Assembly: GCA_037447605.1 (NCBI GenBank)
Contig: CM074808.1
Coordinates: forward strand, 3,410,001-3,474,000
Source: Zygnema circumcarinatum SAG 698-1b
Lineage: Eukaryota; Plantae; Zygnematophyceae
Direction of reading: 5' to 3'
DNA: 64,000 bases
Part shown: piece by piece, positions 1-12,725 of the stretch
Layout: each line of letters opens with the position of its first letter
Numbering within the stretch: the stretch's first letter is position 1
Made by a program: the position numbers and the translations under genes
The notes under the pieces: model-generated
Seen by the model: the letters and a program-made list of their open reading frames with translations, nothing else
The model's database searches: none
What the model was told of the DNA's origin: nothing

Positions 1-1037
1 ACTTGATAGGTCTGATAAATATTCACTGGTATATCCAAAATCTGAGTGGCATATGAAAGGTTGACCAAAATACCAGTTGCATCTGCTACGCTCAAGTTGC
101 AAATTTGCACCAATATGTCACAAAAACATCGTATCCTGGTCGCCTTCAGCTCCAGAAATCACTCCAAAACTAGAACTCCAACCTTTGACACAGAAGGCCA
201 GATCTTTTCAGTCAGTAAAGACTAACAATGCTAAGGCTCCGGGTTTCAGCCAAGATTTCCTTGTCGCACGCCAGAGTTCAATACGGTCCTCCAAAACGAG
301 CACGAGCATTGATTCACATAATGCGACATCTGCAGCGCTACGAACGCATCACCTGCCCTCCCCTCCTCCTGCCTCCCCTCCGCCCCTCTCCTCCTGAAAG
401 CAGGCAGGCTCTGTCTGGGCTTGGCAGAAACTTGGACAGTTTTGCTCATGCACACACTCGAAAAGTGGCGCTGGCGGGAAACACCGTCCGTACATTTTGT
501 CCTTGCGTACAAGCACCGTACAAAAGTTTCCATGATCCGTTTGATCAGTTGTACGAATATGTACGAAATGCACACTCCATGTCAGAAATTTGAGAAATTA
601 AGAAAGGTCGCAGAAGTACGAAACTGGCCGCATGGAACGGCCATGGCGAGGGCTGCCTGCCAGCGCGGCAGCGTGTCCCCGTCCCTGCTGGCGCCACGTG
701 GCGGCCGGCGCCCGTCTCCCTCTGCTCCCCCTCTCCCCCTCTCTCCCTCGCCCCCTTCTCCCTCTCAGCTCTGCTCCGCCATTCCCTTCCTCCCTCTTTT
801 TTGACCTAAAAGGGTTACAGCTGCTGTGAGGAAGCTTGTGGGTAGGAAGCGGAGGAGGAGAGGCTCGCTTGCGTGCGTAGTCTGTACTTGTTTTGGAGAG
901 CAGGTGGAGGGAGGGAGGGCAAGGCGGTGGAACCGTAAGGGGAGGGAAGGAGGTGGGAGGGCTCGCTTGAAAGGCAGGGAGTTTTGGAGAGGCCCAGGGA
1001 AGGGTTGCGAGGGAGTGAGGGAAAGGGTGCAAGGGCA

Positions 1038-2688
1038 ATGGCGGAGGCTGGGATATCGTCTGCTCTGCCTAAGGAAGGGACGCTCAGTGCAGAAAACTAC
1101 CGGAAGATGAAAGCGAAGGAGTGTGTGAATGGTATGTCTGAGCTCCTTCTGCATATGATGCTTGAAAGAATGAAGGGCAGGAAATGAACGAGGTGGTTCA
1201 CCATTGGCCATTTTTTGGGGTTTGTTGGTGCTTTTGGGGTTGTTTTGAGGATCTGGCAGCATTTGAAGCGCGTACTGGAATGATGCTCTCGTAGTGGAAT
1301 TTTATTAAATTGGAGCCATGCAATCAATGCAGGGACTATTGTCCATTCCATTGGTGAACTCTCGGGTTTCCGTGTTAAAGCAGAAGCTTGAAATAGTATT
1401 CACTTTGGTCCACACGTAATCTTGTCTTGTTCTCGGCGAGTTCTCTCCTCCCCTTGTAGAATTCCGAAAATGTCATGGTTCATTCCTCGCCACTTCCAGT
1501 TTCTTGATTTTGTCTAGTCAATCACAAATTTTCTCCTTTTCCTTTGTGCAAAGGTGTGGTTTCGTGGGACGTGAATAAAACGTCATGCCTGTTATGCCGG
1601 AGATTATTTTTCGTTTGTACTTGCTATTGTGTATTTACTTCTGTTCTTTAGTTTTCTTTGGTTTGTGTTCGTTTGCTAACATTTTTAAAGGGGATTGGAG
1701 GGTGCTTTATAAACAGCTGGAGTTGCTGCAGGGACGCGGGCGGCAATTATTGGAGCTATCGCCTTCGCTATTCCCACGGTAGGGATTTTTGTTTTTTCAT
1801 CCTCATCTAGGAAATGTAGTAATGTAAGATAACCTCAAACTTCACTGTACCTTTCACTGGTAGTGGAAGATTTCTGTCAAGCCTCAAACGAAGTCGAATG
1901 TTTGTCTGTCTGCACATTTTTTTCGTTATGACTAGTTTTTGGTTTTCCCCAAGTTTTCAGTGCACGCACGGGTTGGAATTTTTTACTGAATTTGAAGTGG
2001 TTTAAGCTGAATGTGGGCTAAACAGCCTATACCTGGACCTCGCTGATGAAATTAAGAAGTTGAGGATCTTATTTCTTTTTCTACTTTTTTTAAACTCCTT
2101 GACCTGTTGAACAAACAGAATACTCTTCTTGTAGATCTTTGTTAGTGCCACAACTGATGTAATTCAAGCCTGTGAATACAAAGTGTATTGCTTCATCTAG
2201 ACGTCCTCTCAAGCCTCCGAAGTAGCGACCTTTTCTAGTGGGGTGTGAATGGTCAGTTATTTACAATTGTCGGCAAAGGCAGTTCATTTCGTAATCTTCA
2301 AATTTGATCAGAGATTCGCAGATAATGTGCGGACTTCGTGACAAAGAATCGTAAAGCAGCAAAAAGTAACCCCTCTTTTTTATGCAGCTGGTGGGAGTCC
2401 GCACCATTCCATGGGCAAAGGCCAATCTCAATTACACGGCGCAGTCGCTCATCATCAGCGCAGGTGAGGACACCTCTTGGATGCGCTTTGCAAGGTTATA
2501 GAATGTCTCATAAAGCTCTCAAGTTCTGAAGTAGAGAAAAGGAGTATGTCACAGTTCCGTTTTCCCTGTTCTTTGCAGGGTCGATTGCACCCTATTTCAT
2601 TGTCTCGGAGCACACCATCATGGAATGCACAAAGGCCACTTCGTGGGCCGACATCGAGGCTAGAAGGGCTGGGAAATCCCAGGACTGA
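1038..2688 (+). CDS. ENOD93: Early nodulin-93 family protein (small membrane protein), 4 exons: 1038-1131, 1717-1778, 2388-2463, 2579-2688
   Basis: GT-AG joins are in phase and give MAEAG...KAKECVNAGVAAGTRAAIIGAIAFAIPTLVGVRTIPWAKANLNYTAQSLIISAGSIAPYFIVSEHTI...*. The PWAKANLNYTAQSLIIS and YFIV motifs match the ENOD93 family. Confidence 0.92.
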
Positions 2689-3187
2689 GCAGGACCTTTT
2701 GTTTTTGTTTGCTTCGTTCTGACGGTTTTTAGGGTCTGGAGAGCCTCCAAATGGAGGTTAAAGTTCTTAGTCCTTTTCTAAAGAAAGATGGAAAACACTG
2801 AATTAGAGTTTTTCCTCGTTTGGCCAAAAAACCTTTAGAAGTGAGTATATATGAAGCTCCATGTGACTGTACAGTCTCCACCGTCCGTTACAATCAAGTG
2901 AGATCGTTTGTTCTGCTCTCAGAGTAACAATCTCGGCATATCCAATTCAATAAATCCAATTTCTGGATTACCAATAGTGTAAGAAGTCAAAATTGATTCA
3001 TCGTCGTGTTTGGAACAAATTGCTAAATTTTCTAAAGTCGGTTTACATCTCTCTGCAAGCTGACTTGAAGCCCTCTTTTGATCGCCCCTCGAGATCTTGC
3101 AACTTGCGAAAGGGGAAGACCCCTCTTAGCTTCAGCGTTAGCTTTCGCCAGCGAAACCTGAAACCTCCAAAACCCTATTTGGTCACG

Positions 3188-5217
3188 TCACGCCGTGACC
3201 GGCACCTCCACCTGCTTCTTCAGTCTCCGCTGGGCAACGTCCCAATTGAAAATTCTGGCAATTGTAACCTGCAGACGCGGCATGAAAAAAAAGCATCACT
3301 GAACACAGATCCACAAAAAGACCCTAAATGGCGAGCCCTATAGTTAACCCTAAGATTCCCTCTGTTCACTGCATCACTTCAGCTGCAAAACAAATCGACT
3401 TCCAAATTGAAGAATCCCACCCCCAGTGGCTCTTCCCTTCTCATGCTTATTCTACGGGTCTGACAGTTGAGCTGGTGCAATGAAGAAACTTTCAACACAT
3501 AGAACGCCCTTCATGTACTCATCGAAGTCAAGTTACAGACCTCGGTAATGTTGATCTGGTCGCGCAAAAATAGGACGTCGGACTGCAAAGTTCTCAGACT
3601 GCTTTCTGCAGCTTCAGCACTGCGCAATAACAGAGCTACTGCCTGAATCACCGGAAACCCTAAAAACGTTTTGTAAGAACATGTGCATATGCAGGCCAGG
3701 AAGTGAATGACTGATGCAAAGATAGCGAAAGCGAGGCAGAAGTATTTGGCCCGATAGACTTACCTCTTCTAATGGGTATTCCAACATCACATTTGCCCCG
3801 AGCCAAAGGCCAACGGAACTCGCATCCTTCACTGCGGCTTGAGCATAGATCCCCTCCGTAACCTCAAAGTCCACTACCGTCTCCTGCAGGCAAGTACCAA
3901 TTACAGTGTATGGACACTATACTCTCAGAAATGTTTGAGCTTGAGAAAAGGTTGAGGAGGAACACTGCTCAGGGCACGTGAAACGGAGGTGTAGATCAGA
4001 ATCAAGCAGTTGATGTTCGTGATTTTGGGAGAAGGATGGGGGGAGAGAGAGGAAGGCAGAAAGAGAGACAGGGTGAGGACGGGGGGGGGGGGGAGGGGGA
4101 GAGAGGGAGAGAGAGGGAGAGAGAGGGAGAGAGAGGGAGAGAGAGCCGGTTTCCCAGATTTCGTCTACACACCTCTCCTAAGCCTGTCCTGGATAGCAAG
4201 CTTCGCACTATTTCCAATGATTTCTTGATGTCCGGCATTTTTAACTGCACAAGCGCCCATTCAAATTCCCATTCGAAAACCACAGAAGTATATGCGTACA
4301 TGATGTAAATCAATAGATTCAACTGAGGAATACGCATAAATGACATTGTTCACGCTAGAAAGCAAAAGAGACTTTCATCCCACACGTGAAATAGAACTAC
4401 ATTAAGCCAAAATATTCTTTACTATCGCAGTTCAACTGGAACTTAAACGGAAGCCCATTCACCCATATCTCAGACAGCTCGTCGTAAGGGTTACCGGGAC
4501 AATTGAAATACGTCGGACCAAACGTTTCTGTCAATCAAATATTCAATGGGCAGCCAACATAGACATACCTGAACGTCCCTTTTTTGTGCCAACAACCGAG
4601 TTTCAACGAGCTTATATTGCTGCAACCTGCAGCGCAGGAAAAACATATCTTTGGTAAATGCACATTCTGCTTAAGTGCGATAGTCAGATTTTCTCATATG
4701 CACGTGATTCAAGTCAATGTGAAAGAAATTCGCTAAACCCCAAAGCCATGGAAAATGATCGCATTAAAGTATCTTAAGAGTATAGTGTGCCCATCTAAAT
4801 CGGCCCAACAAAATAAACTTTTCCTCTGCTTCGCCTTTCAAACCACAGCCGGGTTGACCTAAAATTCATGCCAAAATGGAGTCTAGGCTTTGGAAGATAG
4901 CACCGGTAGTTTAAGGTCTCTGGCTACCTTCAAAGTTAACGTTAGGCACGTTATAGTTCAATACACCTATTTAAATACAGACGCATGCATGGATGCATGT
5001 TCGAATGCATGCTTAAAAATGCATACATGTGCGGACCATACATTGAGTTTGAACATCCTCTCTAGCTCTCAACGTACTGCTCGGTCAGTAGACGGATGAC
5101 AGAATCCGCATCTCTTCCTGCCAGAAAGCTTTCCACATTTTCTACGAATTGAGCGGTGGGAATTTCCTGCTTCTGCGAAGCCACTGAAGCTTCCACGGCC
5201 TCCGCCATGCTGGCCAT
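3188..5217 (-). CDS. PFD3: Prefoldin subunit 3 (VBP1), 6 exons: 5217-5078, 4626-4569, 4244-4173, 3883-3764, 3642-3541, 3268-3188
   Basis: Spliced protein contains [84 protein letters not shown]; all splice phases are consistent. Confidence 0.95.
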
Positions 5218-5895
5218 GGCGCCGCCTTTTTGAGTGGTTTTCAGAATCAGGGCCTCAGAGGAGTGAGGGATTCAGGAGGTGAGGATTTAGAGAGAGATGG
5301 TCAGTTTACTGGGCACGATGCAGCAAGGAGAAAAAGGAGACGAAAAATAAAAGAAAAAAAAAAGACGGGATGTGAGCAAAAATAGTGCTAGATTTGGCCA
5401 CTTTCTGTAGCAGAAATACAGCTACTTTGCGAAGATAAAAAATATTTGAAAATTTGAAGTGATATTTGTGCTGTCAGCGTGCATCACTTCCTTTCAGGGA
5501 AGCGAGCTTTCAGTGCGAAGTAGCTGCGCCCAAGAGAGGTACCGAAATGGTGATACTTACAGCCGAAATTCCGACCTGGAAATTTGCGTTCATGGACGGA
5601 AACCAAGTGTCTCCATGCGACCTGCGTGAAACGGTGGCTCTCGGTCGATCCATGCACAACAGTCCCGTTCACATCTAACGCTTCCAACATCACATAGAAT
5701 TGTGTCAAACTACTTCCACAACGGCCGAACATAGAAACGCAAGGCAAAAAAGTACGCCTCGCCCCCCTCAATCCCGAATCGGTATCCCGCTAAAGCTAAA
5801 AAACAGGCTTGACCAGCTCGTCCCCATTGACCATAATACTCATTTTAGACATATCCTCGCCACGACGGACTTGACCGAATCCTGGTGACCCTCGT

Positions 5896-6066
5896 GGCCA
5901 ATTCCCCGCCAATCCGCCAGCGCCACGTGGCAGGGTCCCGCGATCCCCCCCGGCCCGCCCCCGCCCCGCCATTCGCCCCCCGATCGCGAAAAATCAATCG
6001 CGGCGCGCAGGGCTATCCGCTCCCTCTCCCACTTCCTCTCCCTCTCCCGCCGGCGGCTATATATCC
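5896..6066 (+). promoter_or_regulatory. LHC copy A1 promoter: CCAAT motifs, palindromic G-box GCCACGTGGC (5922-5931), TATA-like CTATATA near 6058
   Basis: Motifs seen directly upstream of the ATG at 6153; G-boxes are established light-responsive elements in LHC promoters. Confidence 0.6.
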
Positions 6067-6152
6067 CTCCGCCCTCGCCTGGCTCAGCAGCCCCGCCACC
6101 TCTCCCTCTCCCTCTCCCTTCCTCGCTCTCTCTACTCCCTCATCCAGCAGCC

Positions 6153-6917
6153 ATGGCCGCCCTCGTCGCAGCACCCGTCGTGGCCGGCTCCGCGTTCGCG
6201 GGCCGCACCGCGGAGTTGGGCCAGCAGGTGGGCAGCTCCAAGGCCCGCGTGAACATGACGAGCTGGTACGGCCCCGACCGCCCGCTCTTCCTGGGCCCGC
6301 TCTCCGCCGACCCCCCCTCGTACCTCAAGGGCGAGTACCCCGGCGACTACGGCTGGGACACCGCCGGCCTCTCCGCGGACCCCGAGAGCTTCGCCAAGAA
6401 CCGCGAGCTGGAGGTCATCCACGCGCGCTGGGCCATGCTGGGAGCCCTCGGCTGCCTCACCCCCGAGCTGCTCTCCAACAACGGCGTGAAGTTCGGCGAG
6501 GCCGTGTGGTTCAAGGCCGGCGCGCAGATCTTCGCTGACGGCGGCCTGGACTACCTCGGCAACCCCAGCCTCATCCACGCGCAGAGCATCCTCGCCATCC
6601 TCGGAACGCAGGTGCTGCTCATGGGCGCCGTGGAGGCCTACCGCGTGGGAGGGGGCCCCCTGGGAGAGGTCGAGGATCCCCTGTACCCCGGCGGCAGCTT
6701 CGACCCCCTGGGTCTGGCCGACGACCCCGAGACCTTCGCCGAGTTGAAGGTGAAGGAGATCAAGAACGGGCGCCTCGCCATGTTCTCCATGTTCGGCTTC
6801 TTCGTGCAGGCCATCGTCACCGGAAAGTCTCCCCTCCAGAACTTGTCCGACCACCTTGCTGACCCCGCCGTCAACAACGCATGGGCCTATGCCACCACCT
6901 TCACTCCCGGCCAGTAA
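6153..6917 (+). CDS. LHCB: Major LHCII chlorophyll a/b-binding protein, intronless subtype A (copy A1), 254 aa, short mature N-terminus
   Basis: [61 protein letters not shown] motifs; N-terminal transit peptide. Confidence 0.98.
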   Translation: MAALVAAPVVAGSAFAGRTAELGQQVGSSKARVNMTSWYGPDRPLFLGPLSADPPSYLKGEYPGDYGWDTAGLSADPESFAKNRELEVIHARWAMLGALGCLTPELLSNNGVKFGEAVWFKAGAQIFADGGLDYLGNPSLIHAQSILAILGTQVLLMGAVEAYRVGGGPLGEVEDPLYPGGSFDPLGLADDPETFAELKVKEIKNGRLAMFSMFGFFVQAIVTGKSPLQNLSDHLADPAVNNAWAYATTFTPGQ

Positions 6918-9125
6918 ATATGTGGGGTAGTGATAGGTAAAGTTTCCCATGCGGGATTTAGGTTCAGGACTGAGATCGCCTTCAAATGTTCATATCTAGG
7001 CTCGATTGGAGGTGGCTCGCTTGCTAGTCGCAAGAAGGTAAATTGTATCTAGATACGTTAGGAGTACATGCGATGTTCCAATGGATTGTAGTGCGTTTGA
7101 GGACTTGCAATCAACTATGGCTTCGCTCAAAGTTGTGCCGCGTGATTTCTGTATGGAATTGCCTCGTGCTGCTTCATGCCTGCATTATGATCGATGACAT
7201 CAATTATGCAACTTTATCTCATTGTCTCCCGTGGCAAGGACATTGGGGCCCCGAAACTGTCAATGCTTCTTATTTCATCGCTGCTCTCATGTCACCTGCA
7301 TGGTGCTTGTTCTACTGCTGTCTTCAATGCTCTTTTCTGTTGATATAGATAGCTCATCAAGGTTTGCGGTACTCAGTTCATGCGAGCGATATTACATAGT
7401 GCGACAAGGGGCTATCATAGTGCGACGCGAGGCGACATCGTTGTTTTACCTATGGATAGTTGGCGAGCAATGGCGTAATCTTTCTCAATCGGAGCATTCT
7501 CTGTATTGTTAAGATTTCAATGTCAGGTTATGTCCCTTGAGCTTCTCCTTTCTCGTCGAAGATAGAAAACCGGATCTGGGCTGAAAGAAGCCCATTCCGA
7601 TGGGAATTGAGCGTGGACTGAATGCGCGAGAAAATGCAGACTCAGTACTCCGCATAATGCAGATTTTTACTTTTGTGTGACGGCTTTGGCATTTGATGAC
7701 GAGAGAATAAATGGGTGTATATTCTAGGAATATTTAAGCGTCAAAAACGGAAAAGTATCAAATATGCATCAAGAGTCGAGGACACTTCAAAAAGGCCTTA
7801 TACTAATGCGGCACGCGAAGGAAGTTGATTCTTCCTAATGTATTAGTGATATGTCGATCGACCGCATTTAGAGCTTCATACTGAAGGAGTGTATGTGGCT
7901 TCAAGAATGGCGCACGGTTGCAGGTGCTGAAGGGGGGAGGTCGAACTGGTTTTCTGTTTCTAGTCAGTGTGCAGCGGAAGCAGTTTGACTGTTATTGAGA
8001 AGTGCAGGAGTGGCTAAGCTATCATAATTTTCAAGAATAAGAGGTGGACTCTTGCGGCGACAAGCAAAAAGGGTTTATTGCGCGCCTTTCTTTCGAAGTC
8101 GATTAAAAAAAAATAACCGCAAGTCTGATGTTACTGATTGACGTGACATGTCGTGTTCACATCTAGTCATTAGTGGGGAAACCCTTGCTAAGGAAAGCAC
8201 TTATGACGATTTTAGTCGATAGTAACGAATTGAAGTGAGCATACGCCCTTCCAAAATGTTGTTTGGGCTTCTTCCAGTCAGTAAGAATCATAAGATATTG
8301 TATTATAAATACGTAGTGTACTATGAGGCGTTAACCTTTTCACGCTTCGTCATTCACCCTTCAAAGGAAACATTTTCAAACGAGAAAAAAGTGAAAAGAG
8401 AAAATGTCATGTGTCAACTCTCCCTCCCCCTCCACTCACGTCTCTCTATCCTTGGCTTTCCCTCTACCTCTCCCCCTCCCTCTCCCTCTCCCTCTCCCCT
8501 TCTCCTTCCGCCCGGCCTCCACCGTCCTCCCACCCGCCACTTCTCTTTGTGGCGTAAGGGACTGAGTTGTGGGAGAGAGTCCCGCAAAACACGAGGGCAC
8601 GTAGGACTCTTCGTGCGTTCCGAGAAATTCCCTTGGTCCGAACTTGTACCCGCGACATCGATCCAGGTATTACATCTAAAAAGTGTATCAACCGTCGCAG
8701 TTAGTGACCGCCACTGGTTCTGAGCAAATCGCAGTTTTGCACTTCCCAACGTTAAGCTCGCCAAAGTTACAGCAACAGATGGCAGACATGAATAAGAAAG
8801 GAAGCGCAGTGTCATACGCTGAAGAACATAAGAGCAAAGATATTTCCACAACTACCGTCCCCAATACTTTCCGTAATCAACGCGACTTTCGAAAACGCTG
8901 AAAAGAGAAAGGCTCCCTGACAATTCATTTAATCCACCGCTTAAAGCAGTTGGACAAAGGGGACAACCGCCATTATTCAAACGTGACAGATTTTACGCGT
9001 CTAATTTTGTACGTCCTCTAGCAACAATAGTACATATCAACATAGAACTACTCAATGCACATTCCAGGCCTGAAATGAACAATGCCAAGCGCTGCAGCAA
9101 CTTGAATTACGTTAATTCCAGCTCT

Positions 9126-9890
9126 CTACTGGCCGGGGGTGAAGGTGGTGGCGTATGCCCATGCATTGTTGACAGCGGGGTCAGCAAGGTGGTCGGACAA
9201 GTTCTGGAGGGGAGACTTTCCGGTGACGATGGCCTGCACGAAGAAGCCGAACATGGAGAACATGGCGAGGCGCCCGTTCTTGATCTCCTTCACCTTCAAC
9301 TCGGCGAAGGTCTCGGGGTCGTCGGCCAGACCCAGGGGGTCGAAGCTGCCGCCGGGGTACAGGGGATCCTCGACCTCTCCCAGGGGGCCCCCTCCCACGC
9401 GGTAGGCCTCCACGGCGCCCATGAGCAGCACCTGCGTTCCGAGGATGGCGAGGATGCTCTGCGCGTGGATGAGGCTGGGGTTGCCGAGGTAGTCCAGGCC
9501 GCCGTCAGCGAAGATCTGCGCGCCGGCCTTGAACCACACGGCCTCGCCGAACTTCACGCCGTTGTTGGAGAGCAGCTCGGGGGTGAGGCAGCCGAGGGCT
9601 CCCAGCATGGCCCAGCGCGCGTGGATGACCTCCAGCTCGCGGTTCTTGGCGAAGCTCTCGGGGTCCGCGGAGAGGCCGGCGGTGTCCCAGCCGTAGTCGC
9701 CGGGGTACTCGCCCTTGAGGTACGAGGGGGGGTCGGCGGAGAGCGGGCCCAGGAAGAGCGGGCGGTCGGGGCCGTACCAGCTCGTCATGTTCACGCGGGC
9801 CTTGGAGCTGCCCACCTGCTGGCCCAACTCCGCGGTGCGGCCCGCGAACGCGGAGCCGGCCACGACGGGTGCTGCGACGAGGGCGGCCAT
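9126..9890 (-). CDS. LHCB: Major LHCII protein, intronless subtype A (copy A2); protein identical to A1 and convergent with it
   Basis: ORF-track translation is identical to 6153..6917. Confidence 0.98.
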   Translation of the reverse strand: MAALVAAPVVAGSAFAGRTAELGQQVGSSKARVNMTSWYGPDRPLFLGPLSADPPSYLKGEYPGDYGWDTAGLSADPESFAKNRELEVIHARWAMLGALGCLTPELLSNNGVKFGEAVWFKAGAQIFADGGLDYLGNPSLIHAQSILAILGTQVLLMGAVEAYRVGGGPLGEVEDPLYPGGSFDPLGLADDPETFAELKVKEIKNGRLAMFSMFGFFVQAIVTGKSPLQNLSDHLADPAVNNAWAYATTFTPGQ

Positions 9891-10136
9891 GGCTGCTGGA
9901 TGAGGGAGTAGAGAGAGCGAGGAAGGGAGAGGAGTCTGCTACTTCCCTGCAGGAGAATGGGAGAAGGAGACGGAGACTGCAAGGGACATGAATCTGCGTT
10001 GGGCGCCGGCGTGCTTTATGGGAGGGCGGGGGCGGGGGCGGAAATCGGAACCGGTAGTGCGCTCGGCGGCGGGTCTTGCCTGCGCGCGCGGACGAATGGC
10101 GAGGCGTGACCCGAGGGCGGGAGATCTTGGCGCGTG

Positions 10137-10573
10137 CCACGTGGCGGGTGCTAGCTCGCCATTCGCGGAGGGGGGATTCTCTAGCGCCGCGCGATATTGA
10201 CACGTGGGAGGGCGCGGGGAGGGGGGCGCGGAAGGAGTCCTCTGCAAGTTTGCGGGGTACTGTCAAATGAGGTCCTTGGAGGTCCGCTGGCTCTGTGTGG
10301 TGGCCACGTGGACAGTTGCGGATCTGCTCGTTTCCACCGTGGCGCTCCTGACCAAGGCAGGCCTTAGGTCGGATTGAGTAGCGCGCACATCTTCTTGTCA
10401 TTTGAGTGGATATGGATTGGATCACTGTGATGGTACTGGTTCGGATTTGTTGCCGATATCTGGTTTGAGGCGCACGAGATTTCGCAGACTTGGCTCGCGA
10501 GGCCACAAGATTGGTGACGCTTGCCACGTGGCACGTGCGTGATTGGATGTTCGCGTCCCACGTGATATCACGT
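10137..10573 (-). promoter_or_regulatory. G-box/ACGT cluster upstream of LHC copy A2 (about 7 CACGTG cores)
   Basis: CACGTG near 10138, 10201, 10304, 10525, 10532, 10559 and 10569, plus ATTGG (CCAAT) motifs. Confidence 0.6.
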
Positions 10574-11473
10574 GACATCGGTTCCAAAATAAAAAATTCA
10601 TAAGTTACATGTGCCAGTTTCACGGGGAGTGGAACTGCTCAGTTCGGATCTACGCATTCCCATGGTCGAACTCGCAGGAGGGATCCGCCGTGCGACTGGG
10701 CCTTGTTGAACTGCGGACGAGCACCATGGAGCAGCGTTGGCTCCCAGAGAGGCACTTTCACCGGCCTTCGTAACCTCAAAGCTTTTTTCGTTCAGAATTC
10801 CAAAATAACTCAGTGTTGACGTCCGAGTTGGAGGTGCAAGGAAAAGTCGTATGATTTTCTTCAAGTAGAGCCTGCAGGGACTTTTGGTTCACAGTTTGGG
10901 GAGCTCGTTTTCCTGCACCTGCCTCATCTTGTGAGACTCCAGGGCTTATTTGCGGACTCGATTTCAATGATGTGTCGAAGTTTCCGCTGCGAGCCGGCCT
11001 GCAGATCTGGAGACCTGCCCCGCTGCAGTTTCCCCATGGCCATTGTATTGAAATGACTTGCCCAACCGCGCGTGACATTTCAGAAACTAAATAAGTCTCC
11101 CCGGAATTGGTCCGGCGCAGGCTCGTCGCCAGCCCGGGCCAGGATTGGAGCTGGGACCAGGCAGGCTCGGCAGGAACCGGACTGTCAGAAAGAGCTTCAA
11201 GCCTGGTGCTCTGTACTGCGTTTCTTTGTTCCGGATATGGATGCTTGGATCGGCAGACATGGTGTTGCACCTGCTGCACGCATGTCCATGCATATCAGAT
11301 AGTCACATGCCGTATGTTGAAGGATGTGGCATTGCTTTCACGATGGCGTATGGTGTTCAGTCCAATGCAATCTGCACGTTGTTACGCAGACCTCTATCGT
11401 CCTATATGCATGTTAGTTTACTTTAACAGAATGTTTATTGCAACAAGTGCGTCTCGCAAAGTGGCAGGAAAAA

Positions 11474-12127
11474 GGAAAATGATACTGCCCCCCCCCGTTT
11501 TGGGTTATCCCGCCCCATTTTCTTCTGAAATCCCGCCCTCCCATTTTGGCTATTCCCCCCCCCCCCGCCCCCCACCCATTTTGGATATGTTGGGAGGAGA
11601 TAACCCCTCCCCTTCCCTCCCCTTCCCCGCCCTCCCCTGCCGTTTTCACCCCTCCCCTCCTCTCCCCTCCCCTCCCCTCCCCTCTCCTCCCCTCCCCTCC
11701 CCTCCCTCCTCTCCCCTTCCCTCCGCTGCCCTCCCCTCCCGTCCTCTCTCGTCCTCTCCCCTCGCCTCCCCTCCCCTCTACCCTTCTCTCCTCTGCTCTC
11801 TCCGCTGCTCTCTTTCCCCTCAGTTTTCTCTCCTCTACTCTTTCTCCTATAGTCTCTCTCTCCTCTACTCTCTCTCCTTTGCTATCTCTCTCTCTCTCTC
11901 TCCTCTGCTCTCTCTCCTCTACTCTGCTCTCTCTCTGCGAATGCGTCTTTAATGTCTTTACGGACACTGCGCTAATGTGTGAAAAGGAGAAAACAGGGGG
12001 GATGAATATCCAAAATGGGGAAGGGCGGGATACCCAAAACAGAAGGCGGTAAAGCCGAAATGGGAGGGCGGGATTTCAAAAAAAATGGGGCGGAGAACCT
12101 TAAAAGGAGGGCTAAGTATCATTTTCC
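11474..12127. mobile_element. Non-autonomous MITE (Mutator-like or hAT-like), 654 bp, about 120-bp imperfect TIRs, 8-bp TSD AGGAAAAA
   Basis: Termini GGAAAATGATACT / AGTATCATTTTCC are perfect inverted repeats. Inner TIR motifs TGAAATCCCGCCCTCCCATT and CCCATTTTGGATAT occur at both ends. AGGAAAAA lies at 11466-11473 and 12128-12135. The interior is CCCCT/CT microsatellite. Confidence 0.85.
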
Positions 12128-12725
12128 AGGAAAAAAAAAGTTGCGCATGCCAGCTTCTTGCTGTGAAAGATTTAGTCCCGCCTCGATCGATACAACATTT
12201 GTCCACGGCCGGTCTTGTTTACTTCATTGTCAGCTGCGACGTGACGCTACAGGATACAGACACACGCTGGTTGTATTCGCCAGGGAAGGCTTCAACAGAA
12301 ATTCATTCCTTTCTGGGGGTGAAGGCGGTGGTATTCCGAAGAACTGGCCTCAGTCAACAGTTTGACCAAAGTCAGCAACACAAGTTTCACCAGATCTAAG
12401 TTTTAGTGCGATATTATTGAGGGTTGTCATCATCAAGTAGGCCGACCCATCCTCTTCCAATTCACAACGATTGAGGTGAACCAATCAGTAGCAGAGTAAG
12501 AAATTCGAATTTGAGTTAAGCCATTGCTCAGACCTTTGATAAACAATCGATCAAGATTGACAGTCACGGCCTATCAGCAAATCAGAGTCCCACTCACTTT
12601 TGAGTAGAACCCAAGGCTAACGTAAACGAATACGAATAAACGAAAGTATACTATATACTTTAAATGTACACTCAGCTCTCAACCCTGTAGACTAATCCTA
12701 TGAATGGTAACAAAAAACCAGTTTC

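Noticed and set aside
1-420. Possible divergent minus-strand gene 5' end (donor-like AG/GTGATG near 350)
   Set aside because: No recognisable coding sequence inside the window.
6132-6950. Long antisense ORFs over the LHC genes (also 9075-9911, 12789-13283, 15546-16010, 42290-42865)
   Set aside because: Expected from strong GC3 codon bias, which removes antisense stops; no independent motif.
8235-8901. ORFs between LHC A1 and A2, and at 10598-11426
   Set aside because: No recognisable domain, splice structure or codon bias; partly low-complexity.
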